Below are positions 48,169 to 57,589 of a stretch of DNA of 64,000 nt, one piece after another. Within the stretch, counting starts at the first letter, position 1, and every line of letters starts with the position of its first letter. Under the pieces are notes generated by a model that had not been told where the DNA came from, searched no databases, and worked only from the letters and a program-made list of their open reading frames with translations. The DNA is from Bacteroidales bacterium. Its GTDB lineage: Bacteria; Bacteroidota; Bacteroidia; Bacteroidales; F082. The position numbers and the translations under genes were made by a program. Location: assembly GCA_045656905.1 (NCBI GenBank), contig JAZOSA010000039.1, positions 417 to 64,416 of the forward strand, written 5' to 3'.

Positions 48169-49464
48169 ATGAAAGTGTTGATGTTTGGCTGGGAATTTCC
48201 TCCTCATATCACTGGAGGTCTCGGCACGGCTTGTTTCGGAATGACAAAAGGTCTCGCCAAGAACGGCGTCGATGTCCTTTTCGTGGTTCCAAAGGCTCAT
48301 GGCGACGAAGATGAGACTAACGTACGTCTCCTTAATGCAAGCGATGTGACTGTCAATATTGATAATGAAAAAGATAGATCCTATTGGGATAGGGTTCAAT
48401 ATATGGAAATCGGTTCTAACATAATTCCATACGTTGGACCTGAACGCTTTGAACAAATCGTTGAGGAACAGCGAGCTTCGAATCATTTCCAAAGTCCAGT
48501 CTTTATGCCGCGTTATGAGTTCTCTGGAAAATATGGCGCAAACCTTATGGAAGAGGTATCGCGTTATGCTCTCATCGGTTCTTCTCTCGCTTTAGAACAT
48601 AAAGACGAATTCGATGTGATTCACGCTCACGACTGGCTTACATATTCCGCTGGCATCGCCGCAAAAGAGACGACAGGAAAACCTCTCGTAGTTCACATGC
48701 ACGCGACAGAATTTGACCGCTCTGGCGAGAATATCAACACTCTCGTTTATTCTATTGAGCGTCGCGGTATGGAAGCTGCCGACATCGTCATCACCGTCAG
48801 CGACTTGACAAGAAAAATCGTAGTCGAGAAATACGGCATCAATCCAGATAAAGTCATCACTGTGCATAATGCCGTTGAACCAAACGACAAAAAACGTTCT
48901 GAATATGAGACCTGCGGTCTGAAGAATAAAGTCGTCACTTTCCTCGGACGTATCACTTATCAGAAAGGACCAGAATACTTCGTTGAAGCAGCGCATAAGA
49001 TTTTGCAATACGACCCAACGATTCACTTCGTGATGGCTGGTACTGGCGACCTTCTTCCTAAGATGATTCGCCGTGTGGCACAGCTGAAAATGGGCGCAAA
49101 CTTCCACTTCACAGGATTCCTTAAAGGCAACGACGTCGACCAGATGTTTGCGATGTCTGATGTCTTCGTGATGCCTTCAATATCAGAACCTTTCGGTATC
49201 GTGCCTCTCGAAGCAATGCGCCTCGATGTTCCTTGCGTGATTTCAAAACAGTCTGGCGTTTCTGAAGTCCTTGAAAATGTGCTTAAAGTCGACTTCTGGG
49301 ACATCAACGGACTCGCGGATTCTATCTACGGACTCTGTCATTATCCAAAACTCAGCGAGCATTTCAAGAAAGCCGGCAAGGAAGAAGTCGATAACCTGAA
49401 ATGGGAGTTCGCTTCAAAGAAGATTAAAGATGTTTATGAAAAAGCAATTAATTTAAAGAAATAA
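48169..49464 (+). CDS. GT4-family glycosyltransferase (glycogen-synthase-like)
   Basis: 431 aa; MKVLMFGWEFPPHITGGLG; the E-x7-E region MPSISEPFGIVPLEAM. Confidence 0.8.
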   Translation: MKVLMFGWEFPPHITGGLGTACFGMTKGLAKNGVDVLFVVPKAHGDEDETNVRLLNASDVTVNIDNEKDRSYWDRVQYMEIGSNIIPYVGPERFEQIVEEQRASNHFQSPVFMPRYEFSGKYGANLMEEVSRYALIGSSLALEHKDEFDVIHAHDWLTYSAGIAAKETTGKPLVVHMHATEFDRSGENINTLVYSIERRGMEAADIVITVSDLTRKIVVEKYGINPDKVITVHNAVEPNDKKRSEYETCGLKNKVVTFLGRITYQKGPEYFVEAAHKILQYDPTIHFVMAGTGDLLPKMIRRVAQLKMGANFHFTGFLKGNDVDQMFAMSDVFVMPSISEPFGIVPLEAMRLDVPCVISKQSGVSEVLENVLKVDFWDINGLADSIYGLCHYPKLSEHFKKAGKEEVDNLKWEFASKKIKDVYEKAINLKK

Positions 49465-49477
49465 AAAAATATACATT

Positions 49478-50617
49478 ATGAGTAAGTCGATCTGTTTTTA
49501 CTTCCAAGTGCACCAACCATATAACTTGCGTACTTATCGTTTCTTTGACGTAGGAAAGAGACATTTTTATAATGACGAATACAGAAACAGAACAGAGATG
49601 CGTCGTCGTGCTGACCGTTGCTATCTTCCGATGAATGAGATTCTTATGGATCAGATAAAACGTTATGGCGACAAAGTTAAATATGCTTTCTATTTCTCTG
49701 GACAGGCGATAGAGCAGATGCAGCAGTACGCTCCAGATGCTTTGGAAAGCTTCAAGGCACTTGTCAAGACAGGCAACGTTGAAGTCCTTGCCGGTACCTG
49801 CGGACATTCATTGGCATCATTGCACAATTTGGATGTGTTTAAGAAACAAGTCGCTGAGCATAAAAAGTTAATGAAAGAGACATTCGGTGTGACGCCAAAG
49901 ACGTTCGTCAATACAGAATTGGTTTATTCAAATGAAATAGGCGCAGACGTGGCAGAGATGGGATTTAACCTCATGCTTACCGAAGGCGCAAAACACGTTC
50001 TCGGATGGAAGAGTCCTAACTATATGTACGCCAACTCTATAAATCCTAAGTTGAGAGTGTTGTTGCGTAATTATAACCTCAGTGATGACCTCACATTACG
50101 TTTTGCAAATGAGAATATTACAACAGAAACATTTGTTGAAAAACTTAAAGAAACCAACGATGATGAAGTTGTTAATATTTGCATCAATTACGACACATTC
50201 GGAGATAAGTTGGACGCTTCAACAGGCATTATGGATTTCATGAAATATCTTCCTGAAGCTATTTTCAATAATAGTGATATTGAATACGCAAAACCATCAG
50301 AAATGACAGATAAGTTGCAGACTGTCGGTATGATTGACGCGCCAGTTCCTTTGTCAATGATGGGCGAGGAGCGTGACCTTTCAATATGGATGGGCAACGA
50401 CCTTCAAGATGATGCTTTGCAGACATTATATTCATGCGCTAATAAGGTGAAACGTTCTAAAGATGAAGATGTCATTCGTGATTGGAACGCACTTCAAGAC
50501 GCACATCATTTCAGCGGATTATGTACAAAATATAGTAATGTATCTCCATACGATTATTATATCAATTACATGAATATCTTAACAGATTTTAACGAAAGAG
50601 TATCGAAGAAGGACTAA
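49478..50617 (+). CDS. GH57-family glycoside hydrolase (alpha-amylase-like)
   Basis: 379 aa with N-terminal ICFYFQVHQPYNLR typical of GH57. It sits in the conserved Bacteroides GDE-GT4-GH57 gene context. Confidence 0.7.
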   Translation: MSKSICFYFQVHQPYNLRTYRFFDVGKRHFYNDEYRNRTEMRRRADRCYLPMNEILMDQIKRYGDKVKYAFYFSGQAIEQMQQYAPDALESFKALVKTGNVEVLAGTCGHSLASLHNLDVFKKQVAEHKKLMKETFGVTPKTFVNTELVYSNEIGADVAEMGFNLMLTEGAKHVLGWKSPNYMYANSINPKLRVLLRNYNLSDDLTLRFANENITTETFVEKLKETNDDEVVNICINYDTFGDKLDASTGIMDFMKYLPEAIFNNSDIEYAKPSEMTDKLQTVGMIDAPVPLSMMGEERDLSIWMGNDLQDDALQTLYSCANKVKRSKDEDVIRDWNALQDAHHFSGLCTKYSNVSPYDYYINYMNILTDFNERVSKKD

Positions 50618-50778
50618 GGCTGTTGACTGTTGACTATTAACTATTAACTATTGACTGTTGACCGTTGACCGTTGGCTATTAACTTTAGTTTAAAAAATAT
50701 AGGGGGCGTCATTTGGCGTCCCTTTGTAATTAGTCAATTTCAGAATTATCAGAATAATATAATTGTTAAAATCTTTAA

Positions 50779-50838
50779 TTTTTTTTCAAAAAAATCTTTT
50801 GTCATTTGTCATTTGTCATTTGTCTTTTATTATCTTTG
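50779..50838 (+). promoter_or_regulatory. 60-bp promoter cassette copy 2 (T8-C-A7, (TGTCATT)x3, -7 box TATCTTTG at 50831-50838)
   Basis: Same length and order of parts as 163-222 and 57507-57566. 131-nt leader to the ATG at 50969. Confidence 0.5.
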
Positions 50839-50968
50839 CAAAGAGTGTAAAAACTCTGATTTTCAGTCTGTAATATTTATAACATATTGACTTATAAACT
50901 TTTATAAGTTGATATTGTTATATGTGTAGATGATAATTAATATATATATAATTAACTAGTAGAATTTA

Positions 50969-53900
50969 ATGAAAACTCCAAATTATCTTTTTGAAACGAG
51001 TTGGGAAGTCTGTAACATGGTTGGTGGAATCTACACTGTGTTATCGACAAAGGCAGATGAAGTAAAGCAGGAAATAGGTGATAATTACATAACCATAGGT
51101 CCCGATGTGGTTAAGGAATCACACGAGACTTTATATTTCGTTGAAGATACAACTTTATTCTCAGAATGGCGTGAGAAGGCTTTGGAACAAGGTCTTAAAG
51201 TAAGAATCGGACGCTGGAAACTCAACAGCAAACCTTTGGCAATTTTAGTTGACTATACAACTTTATATCCTCAGAAAAACGAGATATTGGCACATCTCTG
51301 GGAACAATATCGCCTCGATTCACTCCGCGGTCAGTGGGATTACATCGACCCAGTCCTCTTTGGTTACGCTGCAGGTCAGGTGATTGAAAGCTTCATAAAA
51401 TGGAACATAGAAAGCGATGACAACATCGTCGCTCATTTCCATGAATGGATGACTGGCGCTGGCGTTCTTTATCTTAAAGAAAAATGCCCTCAAATCGCAA
51501 CTGCATTCACAACACACGCAACATATCTCGGTCGCGCAATAAGTGGCAACGGTCTCGCACTCTATAACGATTTAGCTACATTCGAGCCAGCTGCAATGGC
51601 AAATAGATTTAACATAACTTCACAACAGTCAATGGAATATAACGCAGCACAAAACGCTGACGTGTTTACAACAGTGAGTGAAGTGACAGCAGAAGAATGC
51701 AAGCAATTCTTACAACGCGAACCAGATGTCATCACAATAAACGGCATCAACGAATCATATATCCTCGATGAAAAGACAGCATCAGAAAAGAGAAAAACTT
51801 CAAGAGAAAAGATTTTGAGCGTACTCGAAACTCTTTCTGGAACAAAGACATCTGATGACGCTTTCTTCATCATCAACAGTGGAAGATATGAATTTAAAAA
51901 TAAAGGCATCGACTTGTTCATCAATGCTTTAGGTAAGCTTAACAAAGACCAAAACCTTAATAAAGAAGTCGTCGCTGTCATAGCAGTGCCAGCTAACATT
52001 TCAGGTATCTACAAAGAATTACAATATCGTCTCGAAGGCAAGAAAGCTGTCGAAGGTCACACAGAACTTCCATGTACACATCACATCTTCGATTATGAAT
52101 ACGATGCTGTTCTTAACTCTTTGAGAGAAAACAGATTGCAAAATAACGAAGGCGATAAGGTGAAAGTTATCTTCGTTCCTTCATACCTCAACGGCAATGA
52201 CGGCGTATTCAATATCAACTACAACGATTTCTTATCAGCATTCGACCTTTCTGTATTCCCATCATATTATGAACCATGGGGTTACACACCAATGGAAAGC
52301 ATCGCTCACGGCATTCCAACGATAACAACAGACCTTGCAGGTTTCGGTCGTTACATCCAAGATGAGAAATTTGATCATGAGTCAGTCGCTATCGTTCATC
52401 GTGAAGAAGGCAACGGCGCAACAGTGACAGACGATATCGTCAAGATAATTTTGAGTTTCACTTCAAAAGATGAAAAACAAATCGCAGCTGTGAAGAAAAA
52501 CGCTTTGGATTTGGTTAAGAAATTCGAATGGAATGAACTCATCGACAATTATTTAGAAGCATACGACATCGCTTTGGATAAATTGCGCGGTCGTGATTAT
52601 TTGAAACAAACAAAAAAATATAACGAGATTTTGAGAAACTTTAATTACCAAAAGCAAGACACACCTAACTGGAAGAGAATCATCGTAGAACCAGTTTATT
52701 CAGAAGATATGCAGAAGTTGCAAGAAATCTCACAAAACCTCTGGTGGTGCTGGGACGTCGACGCAACAGAATTGTTCTCTTCAATAGACCCACAAGCATG
52801 GAAAGCTGTGGAACACAACCCAATAGCTTTGATGAAGAACTTGTCAAAGGCACAAATCGAGGCATTGGAAAACGACAAGGCATTCATCGAAAAGTTGAAT
52901 TCTACTTACGCTCGTTTTAAAGAATATATGTCTGCTAAACCTGCTGACGACCATACTATCGCTTACTTCAGCATGGAGTACGGCTTGACAAAGAGCCTTA
53001 AAATATATTCTGGCGGTCTCGGTATCTTGGCAGGCGACTACCTCAAACAAGCTTCCGACTCTAATGCTAACATGGTGGCTATCGGTCTCTTATACCGTTA
53101 CGGATACTTCGCACAAGACCTTTCTGTATGGGGCGAGCAGCTCTCAGAATATATCCCACAAAACTTCTCAACACTTCCAATGGAAATCGTTCGCGATGAA
53201 AACGGAGAAGAAGTCATCATCAATATCGCATTCCCTGGTCGTACAGTCTACGCTAAGGCATGGCGCGTTCCAGTAGGTCGCATCAGCTTGTATCTCCTTG
53301 ATACAGACATCGATGAAAACTCAGCAGAAGACAGAGGCATCACAGGAAAACTCTATGGCGGCGACAGCGAAATGCGTATCAAACAAGAGATGTTCCTCGG
53401 TATCGGCGGTATCAGATTGATGGACAGAATCAACCTTAAACCTACAGTATATCACTGCAATGAAGGTCACGCTGCATTCTGCGGATTGGAAAGATTAAGC
53501 GTATATATCACACGTCATAACCTTGACTTCGACGTCGCTAAGGAATTGGTCAGAACATCAACATTATTCACAACACACACACCAGTTCCTGCAGGTCACG
53601 ACGTATTCGAAGAACACCTCATGAGAACTTATCTCTCTCATTATCCAGGTCGTATGAACATTAGCTGGAACGACTTTATGAACCTCGGTAAGATTCGTCA
53701 CAACGACCCATACGAGAAATTCTCTATGAGCGTCTTGGCAACAAACCTCAGCCAGGAAGTCAATGGCGTAAGTAAGATTCACGGCCGTGTCTCAAGAGAG
53801 ATGTTCCAACAAATGTGGCCAGGTTACTTCGCAGAAGAAAACCACATCGGTTACGTCACAAACGGCGTTCACCTCCCAACATGGACCGACTTCTCATGGC

Positions 53901-55195
53901 AGAGACTTTATAGAGAAGTCCTTGGTAAAGACTACGTTGATGTACAGTCAGATACAAAAGTATGGGAAAAGATTAACAACGTCGCTGACGAGACAGTATG
54001 GAATATCAAGAAAGACTTGAAGCATCGTCTTACAGAATATCTCAAAGTAAAGGTCGTTGAAGACATGCAACGTCGTCAAGAATCACCTTCTTTGATTATC
54101 AATACAATAGAAAACTTCAACGAAAACGCTCTCATCATCGGTTTCGCTCGTCGTTTCGCTACATACAAACGTGCTCACTTGTTATTCAACAATATAGAAC
54201 GTCTTGCAGAATTACTTAACAATCCGGAAAAACCTGTTGTATTCCTCTTCGCAGGTAAGGCTCACCCTAATGACAAAGCAGGTCAGGATTTGATTAAGAT
54301 GATTATCGAGACATCAAGAAAGAAAGAGTTCGCAGGCAAAGTTATCTTCTTGAATAACTACGATATGGAACTCGGTAAGATATTGACTAGCAGCGTTGAC
54401 ATCTGGATGAACACTCCAACACGTCCTCTCGAAGCTTCTGGTACAAGTGGCGAGAAAGCCGTCATGAACGGAACATTGAACCTCTCAGTCCTCGACGGAT
54501 GGTGGGCAGAAGGCTTCCGTCCTCAAGCAGGTTGGGCACTCCAAGAAGAAAGAACATACAGCGACCAACGCTACCAAGACGAACTCGACGCTGAGACAAT
54601 ATATAACCTCATCGAAAACGAAATCGTTTCATTGTATTTCGACAGAAATGAAAACGGCGTTCCAACACAATGGGTTAAGTATGTGAAGAACAACTTGATG
54701 CAGATCGCTCCAAATTACACAATGAAGAGAATGCTCGACGATTATTTCGCACAATATTATAACAAACTCATCGAGAGAACAGACATGATGCGCGAAAACC
54801 GTTATCAAAAAGCATTTGAAATCGCAGCATGGAAGAAGAATGTAGAGGCTAACTGGGATAAGATTGAAGTCGAAGCTATTAAGATTCCAGATCCAAGTGT
54901 GAGATCACTCAACTTCGGTGACGCTATCGTAGCTGAAATCACATTGAAGACACCAGGATTGAACAGAGGCGATGTCGGCATCGAGATTGTATTCGGTACT
55001 AAGGACAAGAACGGCAACGACAAGGTGATGAAAGTTGAACAACTTCAACTCGTTGACGCAGGCGAAGGCTGGGCTAGATATTACATCAACCTTCCATTGA
55101 ACAAAGCCGGTATGTTTGACTACACATTCAGAATATATCCAACCCACGAATTATTGCCACACAGACAAGACTTCGCATTGGTTAAGTGGATTTAA
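50969..55195 (+). CDS. Fused GT3 (eukaryote-type) glycogen synthase / GT35 alpha-glucan phosphorylase
   Basis: 1408 aa. The N-terminus FETSWEVCNMVGGIYTVLSTKA matches the Glycogen_syn (GT3) signature. From about aa 575 there is a DUF3417-like LQEISQNLWWCWD..ELF..ID. This is followed by the alpha-glucan phosphorylase core IAYFSMEYGL...SGGLGILAGDYLK...EASGTSGEKA (PLP-Lys region). Confidence 0.85.
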   Translation: MKTPNYLFETSWEVCNMVGGIYTVLSTKADEVKQEIGDNYITIGPDVVKESHETLYFVEDTTLFSEWREKALEQGLKVRIGRWKLNSKPLAILVDYTTLYPQKNEILAHLWEQYRLDSLRGQWDYIDPVLFGYAAGQVIESFIKWNIESDDNIVAHFHEWMTGAGVLYLKEKCPQIATAFTTHATYLGRAISGNGLALYNDLATFEPAAMANRFNITSQQSMEYNAAQNADVFTTVSEVTAEECKQFLQREPDVITINGINESYILDEKTASEKRKTSREKILSVLETLSGTKTSDDAFFIINSGRYEFKNKGIDLFINALGKLNKDQNLNKEVVAVIAVPANISGIYKELQYRLEGKKAVEGHTELPCTHHIFDYEYDAVLNSLRENRLQNNEGDKVKVIFVPSYLNGNDGVFNINYNDFLSAFDLSVFPSYYEPWGYTPMESIAHGIPTITTDLAGFGRYIQDEKFDHESVAIVHREEGNGATVTDDIVKIILSFTSKDEKQIAAVKKNALDLVKKFEWNELIDNYLEAYDIALDKLRGRDYLKQTKKYNEILRNFNYQKQDTPNWKRIIVEPVYSEDMQKLQEISQNLWWCWDVDATELFSSIDPQAWKAVEHNPIALMKNLSKAQIEALENDKAFIEKLNSTYARFKEYMSAKPADDHTIAYFSMEYGLTKSLKIYSGGLGILAGDYLKQASDSNANMVAIGLLYRYGYFAQDLSVWGEQLSEYIPQNFSTLPMEIVRDENGEEVIINIAFPGRTVYAKAWRVPVGRISLYLLDTDIDENSAEDRGITGKLYGGDSEMRIKQEMFLGIGGIRLMDRINLKPTVYHCNEGHAAFCGLERLSVYITRHNLDFDVAKELVRTSTLFTTHTPVPAGHDVFEEHLMRTYLSHYPGRMNISWNDFMNLGKIRHNDPYEKFSMSVLATNLSQEVNGVSKIHGRVSREMFQQMWPGYFAEENHIGYVTNGVHLPTWTDFSWQRLYREVLGKDYVDVQSDTKVWEKINNVADETVWNIKKDLKHRLTEYLKVKVVEDMQRRQESPSLIINTIENFNENALIIGFARRFATYKRAHLLFNNIERLAELLNNPEKPVVFLFAGKAHPNDKAGQDLIKMIIETSRKKEFAGKVIFLNNYDMELGKILTSSVDIWMNTPTRPLEASGTSGEKAVMNGTLNLSVLDGWWAEGFRPQAGWALQEERTYSDQRYQDELDAETIYNLIENEIVSLYFDRNENGVPTQWVKYVKNNLMQIAPNYTMKRMLDDYFAQYYNKLIERTDMMRENRYQKAFEIAAWKKNVEANWDKIEVEAIKIPDPSVRSLNFGDAIVAEITLKTPGLNRGDVGIEIVFGTKDKNGNDKVMKVEQLQLVDAGEGWARYYINLPLNKAGMFDYTFRIYPTHELLPHRQDFALVKWI

Positions 55196-55223
55196 TCAGT
55201 TAGGAGTTTATAATTTACGATGT

Positions 55224-55256
55224 AGGGACGTAGCTTGCTGCGTCCCTTTGTTTATT
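55224..55256 (+). terminator. Terminator hairpin (TGTAGGGACG variant of the TGTAGAGACG family)
   Basis: Stem GGGACG/CGTCCC followed by a T-rich tract. Confidence 0.5.
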
Positions 55257-55351
55257 TACATATTTGCGGTAAAAAGAGAAAAAACAACCTCAATCGAAAT
55301 AATCGATAACATTATTTAAAATATCGTTTTGACTTGTGCGAACAATAGTTC

Positions 55352-55359
55352 TATTTTTG
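55352..55359 (+). promoter_or_regulatory. -7 box TATTTTTG
   Basis: TAnnTTTG match upstream of the ATGs at 55376 and 55439. Confidence 0.4.
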
Positions 55360-55438
55360 CGTTGTTAATGAATGAATGAAAAACAAAATTACAAATCAGC
55401 CCGAAGCTCACAGCCCAAGGCTCATAACAATAAAAACT

Positions 55439-56200
55439 ATGAAAAAACTTCAAGATAATGTAACGATAATCACAGGTGGCGGTAAAGGAATTGGTTTCGG
55501 TTTGGCATGTGCTTTTGCAAAAGAAGGTTCTAACCTTGTCATCACAGGAAGAAACGAAACTAGATTGTTGAACGCCAAGGAAAGACTCGAGGAAGAATAC
55601 GGCGTCAAGGTTTTGGCGATGGTCGCTGACGGCGCAGACGAAGCTCGTATCAAGGAAGTCGTTGCCAAGACAATAGAGACATTCGGCAAAATCAACACAT
55701 TGATTAATAATGCTCAGGCTTCCAAGTCAGGATTATCGCTCATAGAACACACCAAAGAAGATTTTGATTTAGCCATCAACTCTGGATTATATGCAGCGTT
55801 TTTCTATATGAGAGAAACCTTCCCATATCTCAAGGAAACCAAGGGTTCAGTCATCAACTTCGCTTCTGGCGCAGGACTGTTCGGCAAGCCAGGACAGAGT
55901 TCTTACGCCGCTGCTAAAGAAGGCATCAGAGGACTTTCAAGAGTTGCTGCCACAGAATGGGGACCTGACGGCGTGAGAGTCAATATGGTAGCGCCATTGG
56001 CAATGACAGAAAGTCTGCAAGAATGGAAAGAAAACTATCCAGAATTATTCGCTAAGACGATACAAGGAATTCCGTTAGGACGCTTCGCCGACCCGATGCA
56101 AGACATAGGAAGAGTGTGCGTTTTCTTGGCATCCGACGATGCGTCATACGTCACAGGAGAGACAATCACATTACAAGGTGGTTCTGGATTGAGACCATAA
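55439..56200 (+). CDS. SDR-family oxidoreductase
   Basis: 253 aa from the ATG at 55439; TGGGKGIG Rossmann motif, NNAQ, and YAAAK catalytic Y-x3-K. The upstream 21 codons of the ORF are word-repeat DNA. Confidence 0.85.
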   Translation: MKKLQDNVTIITGGGKGIGFGLACAFAKEGSNLVITGRNETRLLNAKERLEEEYGVKVLAMVADGADEARIKEVVAKTIETFGKINTLINNAQASKSGLSLIEHTKEDFDLAINSGLYAAFFYMRETFPYLKETKGSVINFASGAGLFGKPGQSSYAAAKEGIRGLSRVAATEWGPDGVRVNMVAPLAMTESLQEWKENYPELFAKTIQGIPLGRFADPMQDIGRVCVFLASDDASYVTGETITLQGGSGLRP

Positions 56201-56230
56201 AAAAGCGACCTTTAAGGTCGCTTTTTTTTG
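56199..56230 (+). terminator. Rho-independent terminator
   Basis: A6, stem GCGACC/GGTCGC, then T8. Confidence 0.75.
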
Positions 56231-56371
56231 AACATAGAACTCTGACACTGACTCTGAACTCTGAACACTGAACTCTGACACTGACTCATAGACTTACAGA
56301 CTTATAGACTCAGCAACTCAGTGTCTTAAAAAAAGTTCAAAAGCCTTAGTTCAAAAGCCTTAGTTTTTAAT

Positions 56372-56379
56372 TATCTTTG
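56372..56379 (+). promoter_or_regulatory. -7 box TATCTTTG
   Basis: It ends only 4 nt before the ATG at 56384. This implies a leaderless mRNA or use of the ATG at 56405. Confidence 0.4.
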
Positions 56380-56383
56380 CGTC

Positions 56384-57409
56384 ATGGAAACAACAATATC
56401 TCATATGTCGTTGCATCTTGTTGGTAACAAGGCGGCGGAAGAAGGCATCAGCCTCTCGAAATCAAACGTGTCTCTTGACAGTGACATTAAAAATATATTG
56501 ACGAAATTTTTCTTGAACGCCTTCACTCCGGGCGAGTTCTTCCATTTTTATCACGACAGCGGACTGGAATATAATGTAGTTTACGGCGCAGTATCGAAGA
56601 TTTTTGACGAGCCTACGGAGTTGTATGAACAATCTGTAAATCTTGCAAAATATCTCTACGAAAACAGCTCGCATCCGAAAATCAAAGGCGGCGAGTTTTA
56701 TACGGTTTACTTCAAAGACTGCATCCACGGAAGCAACACCGTTGATGCCATCGGTCTTTTTAAGACAGAAAATAAAGACACTTTTTTGAAAGTACATCGC
56801 GACAAACATAACTTCCAACTCGAAAGCGAACAAGGCATCAATATAAAGAAGCTCGACAAAGGCTGCCTGATTTTCAATGTCAATGGGGGAGAAGGTTACT
56901 CGATTTCCGTAGTTGATAACACCAATAAAGGCACAGAAGCTCAGTATTGGACAGATGATTTCTTGCATCTTCGTCAGTGTAAGAATGAATATGCCAATAC
57001 TCATAACGTCATGGCGATGGCGAAGAATTTTGTCACACAGGAGTTGCCTAAAGAGTTTGAAGTGACGAAAGCTGACCAGATAGATTTACTTAATAAATCT
57101 TTACAATTCTTTAAGGAGAAAGATAATTTCGATATTGAAGAATTCGCCAATGAAGTCATGGAACAGCCAGCTGTCATTGAGAGTTTTCATAACTTCAAAA
57201 AATCTTACGAAGCCGATAACGACCTGTCGATTGATGATAAATTCATGATTTCAAACAACGCCTTCAAGAAACAGCAGCGTTCTTATAAGCGAGTCATTCG
57301 TCTTGACGATAAAATCCAGATTATCATCGACGGCAATCGCGACAATGTAGAACAAGGCGAAGACGCACGCGGAAAATATTATAAGGTTTATTATACCGAA
57401 GAATTGTAG
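56384..57409 (+). CDS. Nucleoid-associated protein (NdpA/YejK-like)
   Basis: 341 aa; the N-terminal ...MSLHLVGNK... pattern and overall size fit the family as I recall it. The start is uncertain (56384 or 56405). The stop TAG lies inside a TGTAGAGACG repeat. Confidence 0.65.
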   Translation: METTISHMSLHLVGNKAAEEGISLSKSNVSLDSDIKNILTKFFLNAFTPGEFFHFYHDSGLEYNVVYGAVSKIFDEPTELYEQSVNLAKYLYENSSHPKIKGGEFYTVYFKDCIHGSNTVDAIGLFKTENKDTFLKVHRDKHNFQLESEQGINIKKLDKGCLIFNVNGGEGYSISVVDNTNKGTEAQYWTDDFLHLRQCKNEYANTHNVMAMAKNFVTQELPKEFEVTKADQIDLLNKSLQFFKEKDNFDIEEFANEVMEQPAVIESFHNFKKSYEADNDLSIDDKFMISNNAFKKQQRSYKRVIRLDDKIQIIIDGNRDNVEQGEDARGKYYKVYYTEEL

Positions 57410-57456
57410 AGACGTCACCCCTGTGGCGTCTCAAAGAATCACCCCTGTGGCGTCTT
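57404..57456 (+). repeat. TGTAGAGACG-family hairpin repeat (double CCCCTGTGGCGTCT unit)
   Basis: TTGTAGAGACGTCACCCCTGTGGCGTCTCAAAGAATCACCCCTGTGGCGTCTT, with stem GAGACG/CGTCTC. Confidence 0.85.
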
Positions 57457-57506
57457 GTTAGTTAGGAATTAGGAGTTAGGAGTTGGATTGATTTTCCGAT
57501 TCCTAA

Positions 57507-57566
57507 TTTTTTTTGAAAAAAAACTTTTGCCATTTGCCATTTGCCTTTTGTCTTTTTTTATCTTTG
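57507..57566 (+). promoter_or_regulatory. 60-bp promoter cassette copy 3 (T8-G-A8, (TGCCATT)x2-3, -7 box TATCTTTG at 57559-57566)
   Basis: See copies 1 and 2. It ends 24 nt before the ATG at 57590. Confidence 0.5.
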
Positions 57567-57589
57567 CAAGATATTGAAAACTTAATAAT

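Noticed and set aside
48142-48492. A 116-aa minus-strand ORF overlapping the junction of the debrancher and GT4 genes.
   Set aside because: It is antisense to two well-supported, tightly spaced genes of one operon and has no motif or expression signal.
50672-50890. A 72-aa ORF upstream of the synthase-phosphorylase gene.
   Set aside because: It spans the promoter cassette and the TGTCATT microsatellite. It starts at a non-ATG codon and has a low-complexity translation.
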